From: a virus
Direction: 5' to 3' (one strand)
Virus record (IMG/VR): IMGVR_UViG_3300036668_000183
Location: 3,511-67,510 of that record
DNA: 64,000 nucleotides
A program made the translations under genes and the position numbers. Below are positions 63,205-64,000 of this stretch, in pieces (the first letter of the stretch is position 1; each line of letters begins with the position of its first letter). The notes beneath the pieces were generated by a model. It saw only the letters and a list, made by a program, of their open reading frames with translations, was not told where the DNA came from and ran no database searches.

Positions 63205-64000
63205 ATGTCAAAGGTCGTACAAAGACGCAGAGGTACTAGCGCAGAACATACCACGTTCACTGGTGCTTTAGGTGAAATTACAATTGATACCACGAAAGAT
63301 ACTGTAGTCGTACATGACGGTTCTACTATCGGTGGTCATCCTTCGGCTCGCGAAGACTTAGCAAATACAAAGGTAAGTGCTCTGACTTCAATTGGTGGTT
63401 CTAGTACTGCTACCGATGACTTATTCTTGATATATGATTCTTCTGCTGAACTAATGAAGAAAATTACTCGTGAAGAACTTAACAATGCAATGGAGATTGA
63501 TGCTCTATCAAATGTAACGATTACTGGCGGGTCAATCAATGGTACTACTGTTGGTGCAAGTGTTGCATCAACTGGCGCATTTACGACGCTAAACAGTTCA
63601 TCGACTACAATTTTAAACGGTACTACAATACCTGCGTCGTCTACATTAGTAAAAACTGCTGATAAAATTAGTGTTCTATCTTCTACAACTTCTGCAGAAT
63701 TAGCTGGAGTCATTAGTGATGAAACTGGTACAGGTTCTTTAGTATTTGCCACATCTCCTACATTGGTCACACCAAATATTGGTACTCCATCGGCAGGTGT
63801 AGTCAGTAATTTGACTGGTACTGCATCTATTAACATTAACGGAACAGTTGGCGCTTCAACAGCAAGCACTGGTGCATTTACGACGCTAAACAGTTCATCG
63901 ACTACAATTTTAAACGGTACTACAATACCTGCGTCGTCTACATTAGTAAAAACTGCTGATAAAATTAGTGTTCTATCTTCTACAACTTCTGCAGAATTAG
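63205..64000 (+). CDS. tail fibre protein, partial (Mtd_N-like N-terminus), runs off the window
   Basis: ATG 63205 after AGGA; QRRRGT.AEH..FTGA.GEI.IDT.K..VVVHDG...GG; DETGTGSLVFATSPTLVTP motif; open to 64000. Confidence 0.85.
   Translation, partial: MSKVVQRRRGTSAEHTTFTGALGEITIDTTKDTVVVHDGSTIGGHPSAREDLANTKVSALTSIGGSSTATDDLFLIYDSSAELMKKITREELNNAMEIDALSNVTITGGSINGTTVGASVASTGAFTTLNSSSTTILNGTTIPASSTLVKTADKISVLSSTTSAELAGVISDETGTGSLVFATSPTLVTPNIGTPSAGVVSNLTGTASININGTVGASTASTGAFTTLNSSSTTILNGTTIPASSTLVKTADKISVLSSTTSAEL
63571..64000 (+). repeat. 297-bp-period repeat in tail fibre
   Basis: 63571-63703 matches 63868-64000 with one synonymous mismatch. Confidence 0.92.

Noticed and set aside
23581-63869. 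Numerous antisense or nested ORFs of 60-177 aa inside structural genes (e.g. 24638..25132, 32247..32699, 60827..61075, 63336..63869)
   Set aside because: Shadow frames of well-supported genes, with no independent motifs or RBS
1-64000. CRISPR array
   Set aside because: No regularly spaced repeats with unique spacers; the repeats seen are coding duplications or promoter cassettes
63205-64000. Diversity-generating retroelement (Mtd_N-like fibre plus repeat)
   Set aside because: No reverse transcriptase in the window; the repeat is tandem and in frame, and its single difference is not at an adenine

Overview
This is a 64 kb segment of a large T4-superfamily myophage genome (AT-rich, TATAAATA late promoters, sigma70-like early promoters); the host cannot be fixed from the sequence. 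About 0-20 kb is an accessory region. It holds many small ORFs, a Mom-like GNAT, a truncated GIY-YIG/NUMOD3 homing endonuclease, 10 tRNAs interleaved with several long-stem structured non-coding elements and one tRNA-like RNA, a CmoA-like + C5 cytosine 'methyltransferase' pair, a circularly permuted tmRNA, a (p)ppGpp-hydrolase-like HD protein and a 2OG-Fe(II) oxygenase. About 20-23.6 kb carries gp33, gp59 and gp32. About 23.6-47 kb is the baseplate/tail module (tape-measure-like, gp51, gp26, gp54, gp2, gp4, gp48, gp53, gp27-like, gp5, M15 peptidase, PAAR, gp25, gp6, gp7, gp8, 2112-aa structural protein). About 47-64 kb is a block of large fibre/adhesin-like proteins including an LRR protein, ending in a repeat-containing tail fibre. 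Best leads: (1) the Cx-SAM-synthase-like gene coupled to a cytosine MTase whose motif X reads GRS instead of GNS (predicted DNA carboxymethylation); (2) two homologous ~175-nt tRNA-adjacent RNAs with covarying helices; (3) the two-piece tmRNA; (4) an alarmone hydrolase with a capsid-targeting-like leader; (5) a -1 slippery site fusing gp26 to gp51. All assignments come from motif recognition by eye; no searches were run.
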